64,000 nt of DNA from Octopus vulgaris (Eukaryota). This document shows positions 23,961 to 37,662 of the stretch, piece after piece. The translations under genes were made by a program, and so were the position numbers. Every line of letters starts with the position of its first letter. Positions within the stretch are counted from its first letter, which is position 1. A model generated the notes under the pieces. The model worked only from the letters and a program-made list of their open reading frames with translations, was not told the DNA's origin and searched no databases. The DNA is taken from assembly GCA_951406725.2 (NCBI GenBank), contig OX597833.1, positions 18,848,001 through 18,912,000 on the forward strand, read 5' to 3'.

Positions 23961-25726
23961 TATACATACACAGAGGGTGTCCCCAATGCCCAAATGTGTA
24001 TGCACACATAGAATGTTTCCTTTCACTGGAGTAGTTCTTTATGTTCTAGTGGAGGGATGAAAATGCTTTTGAACCACTCATTTAGTATTTCCCTTATCCT
24101 TTTGCGTTCTGCTGTTAACAAGAGTCTGTTGATAGGAGAGCTTACTGAAATTTATCTGACGGTGGATTGTTTGGTAACTTTGGACAAGGATTGAATTAGC
24201 TGACTTTGTTGTTTTGTAATTCTGTTCACCTTTTTCTCCAAAGATCAGAAAATAAGAAAAAATTTTGAAGATTGTGGCCTTTTTGAAAATTAATATCTGT
24301 GTAAATAAATTTGACTGTAGTTCATCTCTTTCTTTTTTTATTTATTACTATGAAAGACAGACAGACTTTTTAAACTTAGAAGCAACCACATACATTGTCT
24401 TCTTAATCATTTAACATCTACTTTTCCATGTATGCGTGGGTCAGATGGAATTTGTTAAAACAGGTTTTCTATGGCTGGATGCCCGTCCTGACCCCCAATT
24501 CTCACCTGTTTCTAAACAATGGCATATTTTCCCATGACCAGATGGCTGGAAACAAGCAACCCTGCCTGTATGACAATAATGCTTGGTTTATGAACGTGAT
24601 GTGTACACAAGTACACACGAACATGTGTGCATGCATGCATACACGCATACTATGGGCTTCTTTCAGTTTCCGTCTACCAAATGCACTCTTAAAGCTTAGG
24701 TTGTCCTGCATCTATAGTGAGAGACACTTGCCCAAGAAGGTGCCACTCAGCAGGATTGAACCCAAGACCACATGTTTGGGAAGTAAGTATCTAAACCACA
24801 CATCCATGCCTGCACCTATATGTGTGTGTGTGTATGTATATATATAATAGATATAACTGATAGGTAAAAAACATCATATATATTACATTAAAATTTACAA
24901 TAGGTGCAGGCATGGCTGTGTGATAAGAGGTTTGCTTTCTAACAACTTGGTTCTAGGTTCAGTCCCACTGCATGGCACATGAGCAAGTGTCTTCTATTAT
25001 AACTTTGGGCCAAACAAGGCCTTGTGAGAGGATTTGTTAAGCAGAAAGTAAAACACATATATATATGTTAGATATTCTTTTCTACTCTAGGCACAAGGCC
25101 CAAAATTTTGGGGGCAGGAGCCAGTCGATTAGATCAACCCTAGTATGCAACTGGTACTTAATTTATTGACCCCAAAAGGATGAAAGGCAAAATCAACCTT
25201 GGTGGAATTTGAACTCAGAACGCAAAGACATACGAAATACCGCTAAGCATTTCACCCAGCTTGCTAATGTTTCTACCAGCTCACCACCTTATATATATTA
25301 GATAATGAATGAATGGTTTACACCTGGTAGCTTACCGGTAAAGCATAGTCACTTTCATAATGTTTGTTATGTATTTGGTTAATGACAGATGGGAGATGGA
25401 AGATACAAGAGTTTTTATTAATCACTACAGTTTCAACCTATCTAGCATTGGTCCCTCATGGGTGGGTATCCCAAATATATATATATATATATATATATTG
25501 CTGGGTTCAGCTGCTCTGCATTGATAAGGGGAAAATACCCTGAAACTAGTCTGAGTCTGCAGATGCCTCACCAGCAAGGGGAAGTGGCTGACCTCTCCTG
25601 TTCAAAGGTTATAATGGACACAGGTTCGTGTGTCACATAGCTAGCTAGAGGCGAAAACCTCTTGGAACTAATCAACGGCAGCATTCATCCTATTTCTGGA
25701 CTGCCATATTAGCTTGGCTATAACTA

Positions 25727-25770
<44 letters not shown>

Positions 25771-28089
25771 TATACATACACACACACACATGGGTGTGTG
25801 TGTGTGTCTTTGTGTCTGTGTTTACATCCCTGTAACTTAGAGGTTTGGCACAAGAAACTGACAGAAAAAAATTATAAGTACTGGGGCCGATTTGTGTGAC
25901 TAAAATTCATCAAGGCAGTGCCCCTGCATGGCTGCAGTCTAATGACCGAAACAAGTAAATGGTAAAAGGTGAAGTTAATAAATGTTAATATCCTTCTAGG
26001 GGGTTTATGTGTCATCATCATCATTGCTTTAATGTCCACTCACCTAGGCTTGCATGATCCAGGTGGAGTTTGTTGAGGGAGGATTCTCTATGGCTGGATG
26101 TCTTTCTTGTTGCCAACCTTCCCCTGTTTCCAAGTAAGGTGATGTCTCTCCATGGCCAGACATGTTTTCACTGAAAATTGGAAATGCAATTTACAACCAC
26201 CACCTGATGTCAAGGCCAGGAGACAGCAACACACACGCATGTGTATCTGCTGATATATATTCTTTCATATTTTTTTACTTGTTTCAGTCATTTGACTGCA
26301 GTCATGCTGGAGCACTGCCTTAAAGGGATTTTTTACTCAAAGAAAGCAGCCCCAGGACTTATTCTATCGGTCTCTTTTGCTGAACTGTGAAGTTACAGGG
26401 ATGTAAACACACTAACATTGGTTGTCAAGTGATGGCTGGGGTACTACAAACACAGACATAATGACACACACACATACAAATATATACCCTGCCCCTCTCA
26501 TAATTCCTTGTCTTGCGAGTTGCTCGGTTACCCTGCAAGTGCTGGTGCAACGTTAAAAATATCCAGTCCACACTAATGTGATTGACGTTTGGAAGGGCAT
26601 CCAGCTGTAAAAATCATACCAAAACTAACCTCACCGTGCTAGTGCTACACTCTGCGGAGTGGTTGGTGTTAGGAAGGTCATCCTTTAAATTCCTGCTAGA
26701 ATAGACACAGTAGCCTAGGGTAGTTTTTCTACCTGACCAGCTCCTGTCAACTGTCCTACCCATGCATGCATGGAGGATGGATGTTAAACGACGATGATGA
26801 TGATAATATATATATAAGATGGGCTTCTTTCAGTTTCCCTCTTCGAAATCCACTCACAAGGTTTTGGTTAGCCTGAGACTATGCTAGAAGATACTTGTGC
26901 AAGATGCCACACAGTGGGACTGAACCCGAATCAATGTGGTTGGGAAGCAAGCTTCTTACCACACAGCCACCCCTATATATATATATAAACATACACACAC
27001 ATTTCTTTATTTTTAATCTAGAGACGTTGTGTGTCTAACCTATTTGTGCTATATGTAATTCAGCTTGGCTAAATTCAGAGGTTTTTGGCTACGCTTGGGT
27101 TATACCTTCACCATCTTACTCTCCTCTCTGAAGTAGCCTTGTTTCTCTTCCAATACAAGACACCTTTTCTGTTCCATCTTCCCCGCGCACAGTTCAGGGG
27201 TCTTGTGCACCAAGTTACTTGGTGGCCTCACTGCTGCTTGTGCCACAGACTCAAAATCGCCCAGCATCCTCTGTTTGGTGTGGTTGGCATTAGGAAGGGC
27301 ATCCAGCCTTAGAAACTATGCCAAAGCAGAGAGCAGAGCTTGGTGTTGTCTTGGTGCCTGTTTCTGCCAAGTCATCTAACCCATGCTAGCATGAAAAACA
27401 GTTCTTAAATGATGACGATTCAGAATAATGTTGGTTTTCTTTTCTCTCCAGCAGACTCGATTTTCAAACATAGACAGGACTTTTAAAGGAATTATGCTTA
27501 TAAATGAGGGTGTTATGTAGATGTGATCAAACATATCCCTGTAGATAGAGGACACATTACTTAATGGTTAGGGTGCTACACACATGATCACGAGATGGTG
27601 GTTTAAATTCCTAGACCGAGTGTTGCTCTTCGACACCTGACACACTGTGCACCTGTTCAGGTAACGTCAATTTGATGGAGGAAGTGAGCTAATGTACAGC
27701 ACATACATTTGATCATTATAAACAAATCATTTGTTTATACGTTGTCTTCAACAGGAGAGTCCATCATTATATATCATTATCATTTAACACCCACTTTTCT
27801 ATGCTCACATGGGTCAGACACAGAATTTATGGAAGCAGTTTTTCTATGGCCAGATGCCCTTCGTGTCACCATCTGTAACCTTTTTCCAAGCAACGTAATA
27901 CTTTCTCCTTGGCCTGTCATGTTTTTTATGGATGACTGAAAATGAATTACCTTGCTTGTATGATGATGACAATGATGCTCATTTACAGCCATCATGTGAT
28001 ATCTAGATAAAGGTACATACAAACAAACACTACATATATATATACACACATTTTTTTTTTGCACCATAGTATTTCCATCATCCCACAAC

Positions 28090-28385
28090 CAAGTTTGTCA
28101 TCACCCCTTCATTCCTTATTCATCTATCACCCCTTCCTTTCTCATTCATATCTTGTGACGGAAGAAAACACAAGAGTATTATTATAGTAGATACTACAAT
28201 TAGCCGTCATTTATGACGGCACGGGGCCAGCTAGTAATAATCAATAATTCGTTCTACTATAGGCACATGGTCTGAAACAAGTGCACTATAATAATACTCT
28301 CGTGTTTTTCTCTGTCACACATTTTTCTATTTATATATAGAATGGTACAATTAGCCATCATTTTCGACGACACGAGGCCAGCTAC
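28090..28385 (+). mobile_element. Helitron 3' termini of a second family, two copies
   Basis: Hairpin GCCGTCA-TTTA-TGACGGC followed by GCTAG|T at about 28234, and a decayed second end at 28354-28385. Related internal segments repeat up to about 28810. Confidence 0.7.
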
Positions 28386-29850
28386 TTTTATATATAATAT
28401 ATATATAAGATACATAATAATCACACATGCAGACATTCACATACTTCCTTTGTACACATGCAAACACAAACACACATATACTCACCCCTGAGTTGAAACG
28501 CTATTTGGTTTTTCTTTTCAGCATTGAATCTTCCATCACACATATAAACATTCATGTTTTGCCATCACCCCTTCCTTTCTCATTCATATGTTGTGATGGA
28601 GAAAAACACAAGAGTATTATTACATCACCATCCCACTTCCATTGCACACACACACACAATCACATACCTCTCTTTTTACATACACACACACATACACAGT
28701 GTTGAAACACTGATTTTTTTTTTTTACCCCTTCCTTCCTTATTCATCTGTCACCCCTTCCTTTCTCATTCATATGTTGTGACAGGGAAAAACACAAGAGT
28801 ATTATAGTGGATGCTTAACAGCATTTTTCTTAGTCTTTACATCTTGAGTTTAAATTTTGCCAAGGTCAACTTTGCCTTTCACCTTTTCAGTGGTGGTGGG
28901 TGGGGTGGAGATTAGTAAAATATGTACCAGTTGCACACTGGGGTTGATGTGTTCAACTTACCTCTGAAATTGCTGGCCTTGTGTCAAAATTTGAAATCAC
29001 TCTTCTAGAAACTAAGAAATGCCCTTGAGAAAGTTGTGAATGTCACACAACCTCATGCCCTTTCCAAATGAATTGTGCTGGTGAATGAAATCAGTATATT
29101 GTAATTGTGTTGAGTTTAACCCCTTTTTGTTATCAAATTTCTGTTGCAATGCAATGCCTTTGTTCATTTAAAAAAAACGATGAATTTAGTAAAATAATTT
29201 TGTCACTATCAAGCTGGTGTTCTGAAGGAAAGTTTTTAAATCAAAACAACGAATGTTTATCATAGAACCAGCAGGTGTTATCAAAAAACAAAAGGTTAAT
29301 CATATGAAAAGTTTTTGTGCCAAAGACAAATTAAATCATTTAATTTAGTAAAGATTTTGTGGTTGCTAATTTAAGAAGCTGAAGAATATTTATGTGTTCA
29401 ATAAATTATATTTATTACTGTATTTGCTGGCATATTAGATGCATTCTGGCGTAAGACACACTCGTATTTTACAAGTATATTTTGTGGGATAATAAAACAA
29501 ATTTCATCGTACCCTCATTGAAAGATATTTGAAAATGATTTTTTTTTTTTGTAGGGAGAAACGTATGATTTTTGTGCATGTAAATAAATTGTAAAAGTTT
29601 TCTGGAATAAAGTATGAAACCATAAATTTATCACGTGTATGTATAACCCATGTTGTATGCGTATTATATTTCAGTGTTATCTTCTTCCTTGTAGTTGTTT
29701 ATATTTCAGTCAAGAGAAATACCTGACAGGATGTAAAAACTTGTATTTTTAGCTGTGGTGTTTTCCATTAACCCTGATCAACCACCAGGGTGGCATAACA
29801 CTCTTTGCAATTAACTGGCAGGTGGATTTTTCTAAAATATTGATTTAGAT

Positions 29851-30590
29851 ACTCTTTTACTTCTTTACTTGTTTCAGTCATTTGACTGCGGCCATGCTGG
29901 AGCACTGTCTTAAAGAGTTTTAGTTGAATAAATTGACCCCATGACTTTTTTTTTAAAATCCTAGTACTTATTCTATTGATTTCTTTTGTTGAACTTCTAA
30001 GTTATAGGGACATAACACGCCAACATCAGTTATCAAGTGGTAATGACGGGACAGACACAAACACACACACACACATATATATACAGCGCCACCTTGACTG
30101 GCTTCCGTGCCGGTGGCACGTAAAAAGCACCATCCGAATCGTGGCCGATGCCAGTGCTGCCTTGAGTGGCTTCCGTGCCGGTGACACGTAAAATGCACCA
30201 ATCCGATCGTGGCCATTGCCAGCTTTGCCTGGCACCTGTGCAGGTGGCACGTAAAAAGCACCCACTACACTCACGGAATGGTTGGCATTAGGAAGGGCAT
30301 CCAGCTGTAGAAACACTGCCAGATCAGACTGGAGCCTGGTGCAGCCTTCTGGCTTCCCAGATCCCCGGTCGAACCATCCAAAGCATGCTAGCATGGAGAA
30401 CGGACGTTAAGCGATGATGATGATGATACATACATACATACATACACACACACATATGACTGGCTTCTTTCAGCTTCTGTCTACCAAATCCACTTGGAAG
30501 GCTCTGGTTGGCTCAAAATTATAGTAGAAGATACTTGTCCAAGGAGCCAGAACAATGTGGTTGGGAAGCAAGCTTCTTACCTCATAGCCA
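29851..30590. mobile_element. Family A SINE (-) with nested family B copy (+, 30085-30427)
   Basis: The two halves of family A flank a (GAT)n-tailed element inserted in its central microsatellite. Confidence 0.85.
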
Positions 30591-33500
30591 CATGAAAAAG
30601 TTGTTCTTAACCATTTCGTTACTTTATTTCAATTCTACATTTGTTTCAATAAATTTTGGAAATAACAAAGTATTTAGTAAAATAATTTTGACTATTAAAC
30701 TGGTGAAATTTTGATAGGTTTTGATTTAGATCCCCCTTTAAAAAGCTGGGAGTTTGCATCATTGGGCCACTGAGCAGTTTCAGATGGGTTGGTGCCAAAA
30801 GGTAATGCAGTCAATAACTAAAATTGCATGCCACCAATTTTTGACCTTGGGTAGCAATTGTTGTTTCCTTTTTGTTTACCCCTAGAAAATATGAACAATG
30901 GCTAATATTTCCTTCAAATTTTGCTTTTGTTACATTTATTCAAACCCCAAAGAATTCCTCTCATTACATGGTTATGATGCTCCCCAACTACTTCTCGTGG
31001 TCAGAGATGCACATATTGTCATCCTCTAAAAGACATGCTTGTGTGGTTAAGGTCAAACAACTGACAAGCAAATCTGTGCTATTGAGCAGAATTAAGGCGG
31101 TGAGCTGGCAGAAACATTAGCACACCGGGCGAAATGTTTAGCAGTATTTCATTTGCCATTACGTTCTGAGTTCAAATTCCGCCAAGGTCGATTTTGTCTT
31201 TCATCCTTTCGGGGTCGATTAAATAAGTACCAGTTACGCACTTTGGTCAATATAATCGACTTAATCCTTTTGTTTGTCCTCTCTGTGTTTAACCCCTTGT
31301 GGGTAGTAAAGAAATAGGTATTGAGCAGAATATTTGCTATAGTGACATTTCTACTCCAACAACTCAGCACTGAATCTGTCTGAAATGTAATGGAAAATAG
31401 GTGAGTTTCAAAACATCGATATCCATGTCACAAAAACAAAAATTGAAAGGAATAATAGTCATGTCCTTTGATTTCTAGATGGGAACAAATAGGAAATAAC
31501 ATTGACCAGAGATGAGAAATTAAAATGTATTCTGCAGAAGGTGTAATGAAGTGATGTAGACTCACTATATAACTGTTAATGTTATTGTTAGCAGTTTTAC
31601 CAAAGTTTGTGCCAACAGACTGTTACAATTGTGGCTCATTAGCAATATTTTATTCTGCTAGCTGGCACAATCATTAGCATGCCTGACCAAGTGCTTAGTG
31701 GTATTTCGTCTGCCGCTACATTCTGAGTTCAAATTCTGCCGAGGTCGACTTTGCCTTTCATCCTTCCAGGGTCAATTTATGCATGGGTTGATATAATCGA
31801 CTTAATTAGTTTGTTTGTCCTCTCTGTGTTTAGCACCTTGTGGGTAGTAAAGAAATAGGTATTTTGTCTGTCCTTACGTTCTGAGCTCAAATTCTACCAC
31901 TGTTGACTTCGCCTTCCATCCTTTCGGGATCGATGAAATAAGTACCAGTATATGACTGGGGTCAATGTAATCAGTTTACCCACTTTACAGTTTATCCCAA
32001 CTTGCTGGCCGTGTACTAAAATTTGAAGTCAATATTTTATCCTAAGGCAGCAAGCTGGCAGAACCATTAAGCATGCCAGAGCATTTTGCTCATCTTTACT
32101 TTCCGAGTTCAAATTCCACCAAGGTTGAATTTGCCTGTCATTCTCACAGGGTCGATAAAATAAGTACCAAGTGCAGGTGTGATTGTGTGGTAAGAGGCCT
32201 GCCTCCCAACCACATGGTTCCAGGTTCAGTCCCACTGCATGGCACCTTGGGCAAGTGTCTTTTACTATAGCCTCAAGCTGATGAAAGCCTTGTGAGTGGA
32301 TTTGGTAGAGGGATACTGAAAGAAACCTGTTGTATATATGTATATATATTTATGTGTTTATCCCTTCACCATTGCTTCACGACTGATGTTGGTGTGTTTA
32401 TGTCCCTGTAACTTAACAGTTCAGCAAAAGAGACTAATAGAATAGGCACTAGGCTTACAAAGAATAAGTCCTGGAATCAATTTCTTTGACTAAAACCCTT
32501 TAAGATAGTGCAACAGCATGGCTACAATCAAATGACTAAAACATGTAAAAGAATAAAAGAATATGATTGAGGTGTCAATGTAATCAACTTTAACCCTTTC
32601 TTCTGAAATTACTGGCCTTGTGCTTCATTATAAGGGAAAATTATTGTGCCTATCAAACTTACACTTATCCTGCTCCCAATCTTACAACACTCAGTTTCAT
32701 GTTATAAAACAGCCACATAAGACATAGAGCAATTGGTCAATATATTTAACGATAAAAAAACATTTGTTGTTGAAACTCCATTCTATCATTTCAGCCTACT
32801 TTCACTTTCGTTTTACTCAATAAAAAAATAAAATTCATTTCATGAATGATCACAGTTTACAGAGTGTATGTTACTGCTACTGTTATTGCCATTGTTTGTT
32901 TGTTTGTTTCTTTCTTCTGTTTCTGAGAATCTGATAATTTACTTTGTTATTTGTCTTTTATCATTTTACTTCTTTCAGTCATTAGACTGTGACCATGCTG
33001 GAGCACCACCTCAATATGTTTTAGTTAAATAAATTTACCCTAGTATTTGTATTTTTCCTTTTTCTTCTCCGGTCTAGTATTTATTGTGTCTCTCTTGTTT
33101 GCCAAACCTCTAAGTTATAGAGATGTAAACAAACCAACACTGGTTGTTAAGTGGTAGAGGGGTGTGACAAATACACGCAAAGATGCACACACACGTGTGT
33201 ATATGTATATATGAGGGCACCCAAAGACCAGATAACACGCATTAAGGCAGCAAGCTTAATTGCATAGTGGCACTTCTTACAGCTCTTTACATTCTGGGTT
33301 CAAATTCATCTGAGGTCAACTCTGCCTTTCACCTCTTCATGGTTGGATGAAATAAAATAGTCAAGTACTGGGGTCAGTGGTATTAACTAACCACCGTCTC
33401 TCAAAATTGCTGGCCTTGAACCTTGCAACTGACCAGTGTCTCATAAGAGGGAATGTTGTTATCTTAATTTCATTTCATTTCGCACTGTAAAATATTCTTT

Positions 33501-34051
33501 TCTACTCAAGGCACAAGGTTCGAAATTTTGGAGGAGGGGGCCAGTCAATTAGATTGACCCCAGTACACAATTGGTACTTAATTCATCGACCCTGAAAGGA
33601 TGAAAGGCAAAGTCGACCTTGGTGGAATTGGAACTCAGGGCATAAAGACAAAATACTGCTGAGCATTTCGCCTGGCATGCTAATGTTTCCACCAGCTCGC
33701 TGCGTTTAAATATTCTTTTCTTTTCTACTCTAGGCACAAGGCCTGAAATTTTTGGGAAGGGGGCAAGGCTATTAGATTGACTCCAGTACGCAACTGGTAG
33801 TTCATTTATTGACCCCAAAAGGGTGAAATGCAAAGTCGACCTTGGTGGAATGTACAGAGAGATGAAATACCACTATGCATTTCGCCCAGTGTGCTAATGT
33901 TCTTGCCAGCTTTCTCACTGTAGAATATTAAAAAAATGTGTGGTGAGTACTTATCCGAGTACTCTGTCTTCATAGTATTTTGTCTTGGAATTTATTGTCA
34001 AAGCATTTTGGGAAATTATATTACACACTAGTTTAGTTGGGTCTCTTACAC

Positions 34052-34331
34052 CAGTGCTATTCAAAGTGGTGGACTGGTGCCGGTCCGCAAGCCATCAGCT
34101 GCTGGTATGCGGCGAGTTTCCAGATGAGAAACATTATAAAATGCTTATGTAATATTGTATTATTTGTTTACAAAATAAATATAAAATACAAAAAAGTTGT
34201 CAACTTTTATTATGTTCATTATATATATTGTTTCTGGTATAAATTAATATTACTAAGAAATATTACCAGTCCATGGCACATTGAAAAAAAAAACTGTTGG
34301 TACACCACATCAGTTAGTTTGAGAAGCACTG
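34052..34331. mobile_element. hAT-family MITE
   Basis: TIRs CAGTGCTATTCAAA / TTTGAGAAGCACTG; 8-bp TSD TCTTACAC / CCTTACAC. Confidence 0.85.
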
Positions 34332-34575
34332 CCTTACACCATTATCTTTGTGGTACTTTGCTAGAGTTAAAGGCCAAGTTAATATGAACCAAATCTCCCT
34401 CAATTGCACCTTACCCTACATCAGATTATATAGTACCATACAAAAACATGGTTAAAGTTGCCCTAGGGTTAAACATTAACTATACAGGTGGGGTAACAGT
34501 AGTTTTTATAATTTACTTGTTTCAGTTATTGAACCAGGCCACGCTTAAAGGGTTTTAGTTAAATATATCAATATA

Positions 34576-34955
34576 GGCGCAGGTGTGGCTGTGTGGTAAG
34601 AAGCTTGCTTAACAACCACATAGTTCCAGGTTCAGTCCCACTGCATGATACTTTGGGCAAGTGTCTTCTATGGGCCAACCAAAGTTTTGTTAGTGGATTG
34701 GGTAGATGAAAACTGAAAGAAGCCTGTTGAATATCTTTGTGTGTGTGTCTGTGTTTGTCACCCCACCTTTGCTTGACAACTAATGTCGGTGTGTTTATGT
34801 CCCCATAAATTAGTGGTTCAGTAAAAAAACACCAATAGAATAAGTACTAGGCTTACAAAGAATAAATCCTGGGGTCGATTTCTTCAAGTAAAAAACCCTT
34901 TAAGGTGGTGCTTCAGCATGGCCGCAGTCAAATGACTGAGACAAGTAAAAGAATA
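34576..34955 (+). mobile_element. tRNA-derived SINE family A
   Basis: Same head, core and tail as 16660-17050. A similar copy lies at 32172-32560. Confidence 0.88.
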
Positions 34956-35079
34956 AGTACTTGTTTTTCTGTTGTTTTTTAAAGTCTAGTATTTATAGTC
35001 CCTTGCTAAACTGCTAAGTTACAGGGATGTAAACAAACCGAGACTGGTTGTCAAGTGGTGGCAGAGGGGACAATCACAC

Positions 35080-35135
<56 letters not shown>

Positions 35136-36380
35136 AGGCTCCACTCAGTTTCATCTACCAAATTTTCTCACAAGGCAGGGCCATAAAAGATACTTGCCCA
35201 AAGTGCTGTACAGTGGAACTGAACCCAAAACCATGTGGTTGTTAAGCATGCTTCTTAACCACACAGCCAGGCTTCAGAAATACCATAATGTCATTTAGAA
35301 ATCTCATTTACTATTGCTGTACAGATTTTTCCTTTCCTAAAATGTGTACACATTCTTTTGACGATGCTTTATTTTTTAGAAAGGATATCAGATTCAGTAA
35401 AATGCTAATTTTAACTGACTTGGCAGGAGGCAGTATTTAGCCTTGTTGACATTATTGCTACATTCAACTGCTTTTGCACTTCAGTCTGCTGTTCTGATAA
35501 AATAGGATATGTTGTGCTGAGCGTGAGTTAAGTCCAACTACATCTGTCTTACATTTTTGCAATAAGATAAACGAATTTCTTTTTTTAAAGCATTGGGTGA
35601 TAATCATCACAAAGTAAGAAAGCTTTACTTAGTGAATCTTATAGTTTAGGAGTTGGGCTTGATTCCTTTGCGTGGAACCTCTTAGAACTAATTGGTATCC
35701 ATACTAATAAGATTTCGGAAAATCAGCTCTGGGTTTTATACACACGTGTGTGTGTATCATCATCATCATCATCGTTTAACGTCCGTTTTCCATGCTAGCA
35801 TGGGTTGGACGGTTCAACTGGGGTCTGGGAAGCCAGAAGGCTGCGCCAGGCCCAGTCTGATCTGGCAGTGTTTCTACAGTTGGATGCCCTTCCTAACGCC
35901 AACCACTCCGAGAGTGTAGTGGGTGCTATTTATGTGCTACCTGCACAGGTACCAGACGAGGCTTGCAAACAGCCACGATCAGATGGTGCTTTTTATGTGG
36001 CATCGGTGTGTCCCGTGACTGGCTTTGAAGCTGAAACAAGCTTGATGGAGGCAATGTGGCCAGTGCTGGTGTCATGTATAAAGCACTTTTTGAGCATTGG
36101 GCTTCATGGAGACAATGACAAACAACTGAGACCTGTGGCAATATGCTGTGCTTGTAGAAGACACGTCAAGCCAAGTGAAATTGTAGTTTTGGCAGATAAA
36201 AACACCCATTACACTCTCAGAGTGGTTGGCATTAAGAAGGGCATCCAGCTGTAGAAACCATGCCAGATCAGTCTGGGGTTTGGTGGAGCCTTCAGCTTAG
36301 CAGACCTGGTCAAAACGTCCAACCCATGCCAGCATGGGAAATGGGCGTTAAATGATGTTTATGATATATATTATTCTTTA

Positions 36381-36468
36381 ACAGTGACTTTGAAGTTTTG
36401 ACTAGCTAAGCCATCATTGGACTACAGTCCAATGATTGCTTAGCTGGCTTAAACTTCGATGTCACTGT
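36381..36468. repeat. Near-perfect 88-nt hairpin/palindrome
   Basis: 43-nt arms with 4 mismatches and 3 G-U pairs on the + strand. Confidence 0.9.
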
Positions 36469-36955
36469 CAATAAAATTTTTGTTTAAGAATAAATTTGTC
36501 CTGTACAGAAAGTATAGAGTAACCCTTAATTCTGAAGCCTGGCTGTGTGGTTAAGTAGCATGCCTAGCAACTACAAGATGAAATGATTTTTTATTATGTC
36601 GTGTCTCGGGGAGGGTCATTATCCCAATAACAATACAAACACTGGTTCAATATCACTCCTTTATTGTTAGTTATTGGGTTAAATAACGAACCAGCTAATT
36701 AATCGATCCTTTGTTTAATGTGCCGGTTTAGCGATCAATTGGTTGTTTGTTTGCTAAAGTCTTATTGTTGCTATTCGTGACCTCTTCAATGACTTGTCCT
36801 TTCTTCAAGGTCTGCCCGAGAATTAGCCATATGCCTTTGTGTATGTGTGTTTGCTTAGAAGAGAAGATAAAAGTTTTTTTTATTATAAATGAACATAAAA
36901 ATGTGTGTGTGTGTGTGTGTGGTATATCTACACATATATGCTCCAACATTTATTA

Positions 36956-37205
36956 TCTCATAACTCCCAAGAAAATGGTTATTTTTGAATGAAAATTTCT
37001 ACAGTTAGCATTCAGATGATACAGATGACAATAATATCGAAATTTAATGAATAAAAAGAAAGTAAAATAAAATAAAATTGGTCGCCGTGCGCACCCTACA
37101 TTTTGATTTTTTATTAAATCCCGATATAATCGTTATCTACATCACCTGAAAAGTATCTGTAGTAAAATTTGTTTTTAAATATCCATTTTTCTGAAAGTTA
37201 CGAGG
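36956..37205. mobile_element. Palindromic MITE with about 100-bp diverged inverted arms
   Basis: CTCATAACTCCCAAGAAAATGGTTATTT..ATATCGAAATTTAAT versus the reverse complement of ATTAAATCCCGATAT..AAATATCCATTTTTCTGAAAGTTACGAG. Confidence 0.7.
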
Positions 37206-37662
37206 AAACAAAAATCGACGTGGAGTCGGTTTACACAACATATTAAGCTATTCGGGTTTCGACTGCTATGTCAATTTCGTTAAACATTTGAAATAAAGGA
37301 ATATGTTCTTTTCGCTTTTGATTATTATTATAGGGTAGAATCGTTTTCAGGCCTCCTATGTCTGCCATGTTGAGCTGAAAAGGCCCCTCAGGTCGACTTT
37401 GTCTTTCATCTTTTCGGGGCCGATAAAATAAGTGCCGGTTGAGTACTAGGGTCGATGTAATTGACTTATCCCCTCTCCTGAAATTACTGGCCATGTTCCA
37501 TCATCATCGTCATTATTATTATTATTATTACCATTATATAGTACACAAAAAAAACGTGTGTTGAATTCTAATTTGGTACCACTTTCACTTAGCTCCATGC
37601 AAATTAAAGTTTAGTCGAACGAACCTACTTTGTCAGCCATATGTATGTATATATATACGAAA

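Noticed and set aside
24010-24260. Possible exon in non-SINE DNA
   Set aside because: Stops in the plausible frames on both strands; probably an old retroelement remnant.
27440-27520. Strong acceptor TTTTCTTTTCTCTCCAG as coding exon 2 of the 10.7-kb unit
   Set aside because: The phase-2 continuation hits TAG within 8 codons, so it could only be non-coding, and there is no clear donor.
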